DNA of 64,000 nt from a virus (taxonomy: Duplodnaviria > Caudoviricetes), in the IMG/VR virus record IMGVR_UViG_3300020037_004820, one strand, 5' to 3'. Shown in pieces: positions 63,284 to 64,000 of the stretch. The position numbers were made by a program, and so were the translations under genes. The notes below the pieces were generated by a model. That model was not told where the DNA came from. It did not search any database and saw only the letters and a list, made by a program, of their open reading frames with translations. Position 1 is the stretch's first letter. Each line of letters begins with the position of its first letter.

Positions 63284-63317
63284 AAAGGGTCACACTCGAA
63301 AGGGTGTGACCCTTTCT
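63284..63317 (+). terminator. Intrinsic terminator
   Basis: aaagggtcacactc-gaaa-gggtgtgaccctttct. Confidence 0.75.
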
Positions 63318-64000
63318 CAGTTTAAGTTGCGTTCAAAACGTATAGAAACGGAGAACTCTAATGAAAAAGATTTTGATTAGTTTGTTTATATTCACAGCTT
63401 GTGACGTTAATTTTGGAACTAAAACAAAAGAATCATCAAAACCAGAACAATGCGAACAACGTCCATTGTGCGGATATTGTTTATGCAATTCTGTAATGAA
63501 TTCAGGGGGAAACGAAGTTTGGTTTGATGATTGGAAGAAATGCCCTAAATATACAGGTTTGGATTGTTATTTTCCTATTCCAGATACTAATCTGGATGAT
63601 AATATATCGTTGATGCAATACTATGCTCCTTGTGTTTTCAATCCTTTGGAGTGCAGAGGAATTTGCGAGGAGGAATAAAATGTCTAAACAAATAGATGAT
63701 GGACCTCGTTACAAACTTCTGAATTGTAAATTGTGCAATGCTCCTTTCGAAGAGCATAAGAAATCATTTGGACATTTATGATCATTGAATATAATGATAT
63801 AAAGTTTGATTTTGATGAAGTATCAGATCATTATAATGATGATGTTGGAACAATCAATGCTTATATTCCTATTGAATTGTGGGAAAAATATGCAGATTAT
63901 TGCAAAAATGATCAATTGTTTGATAAAGTATTTTATGATGAATTTGATACCGATTCAGAAAATGAAATTCCATATTCTTTTTATGTGAACAAATTAACAT

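Noticed and set aside
62646-63293. 215-aa minus-strand ORF
   Set aside because: Antisense shadow of the GC-rich gene 62811-63263, which has the promoter, RBS and terminator

Overview
AT-rich large (jumbo-type) bacteriophage genome segment. Genes run mostly on the minus strand up to ~23.7 kb and on the plus strand after a divergent promoter region. The window is dominated by translation and RNA-maintenance functions. It holds about 31 tRNA or tRNA-like genes in two clusters (5.4-11.2 kb, 43.7-50.5 kb) plus a pair at 22.6-23 kb. It also encodes TilS, MnmA, a CCA-adding enzyme, two RNA ligases, PNK-phosphatase, a HAD RNA-repair phosphatase, peptide deformylase, an HD (RelA/SpoT-type) hydrolase, DNA ligase, two sigma factors, six HNH-type endonucleases and a 2250-aa unknown protein. 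Main highlights: (1) a complete phage ubiquitin-like operon (Ubl-GG, E2-like, JAB, E1/ThiF); (2) a Ro60/TROVE gene bracketed by four related Y-RNA-like elements, one containing a circularly permuted tRNA; (3) a standalone RNA mimicking the L11-binding (GTPase-associated) domain of 23S rRNA; (4) a structured spacer RNA between two tRNA-Pro genes carrying an exact 52-nt copy of a gene start 50 kb away; (5) many other structured RNAs between tRNAs, atypical tRNAs, and a promoter pattern combining sigma54-like boxes, sigma70-like promoters with 16-bp spacers and a CTATTTA late-type motif. All calls come from reading motifs and base pairing by eye; no database searches were run.
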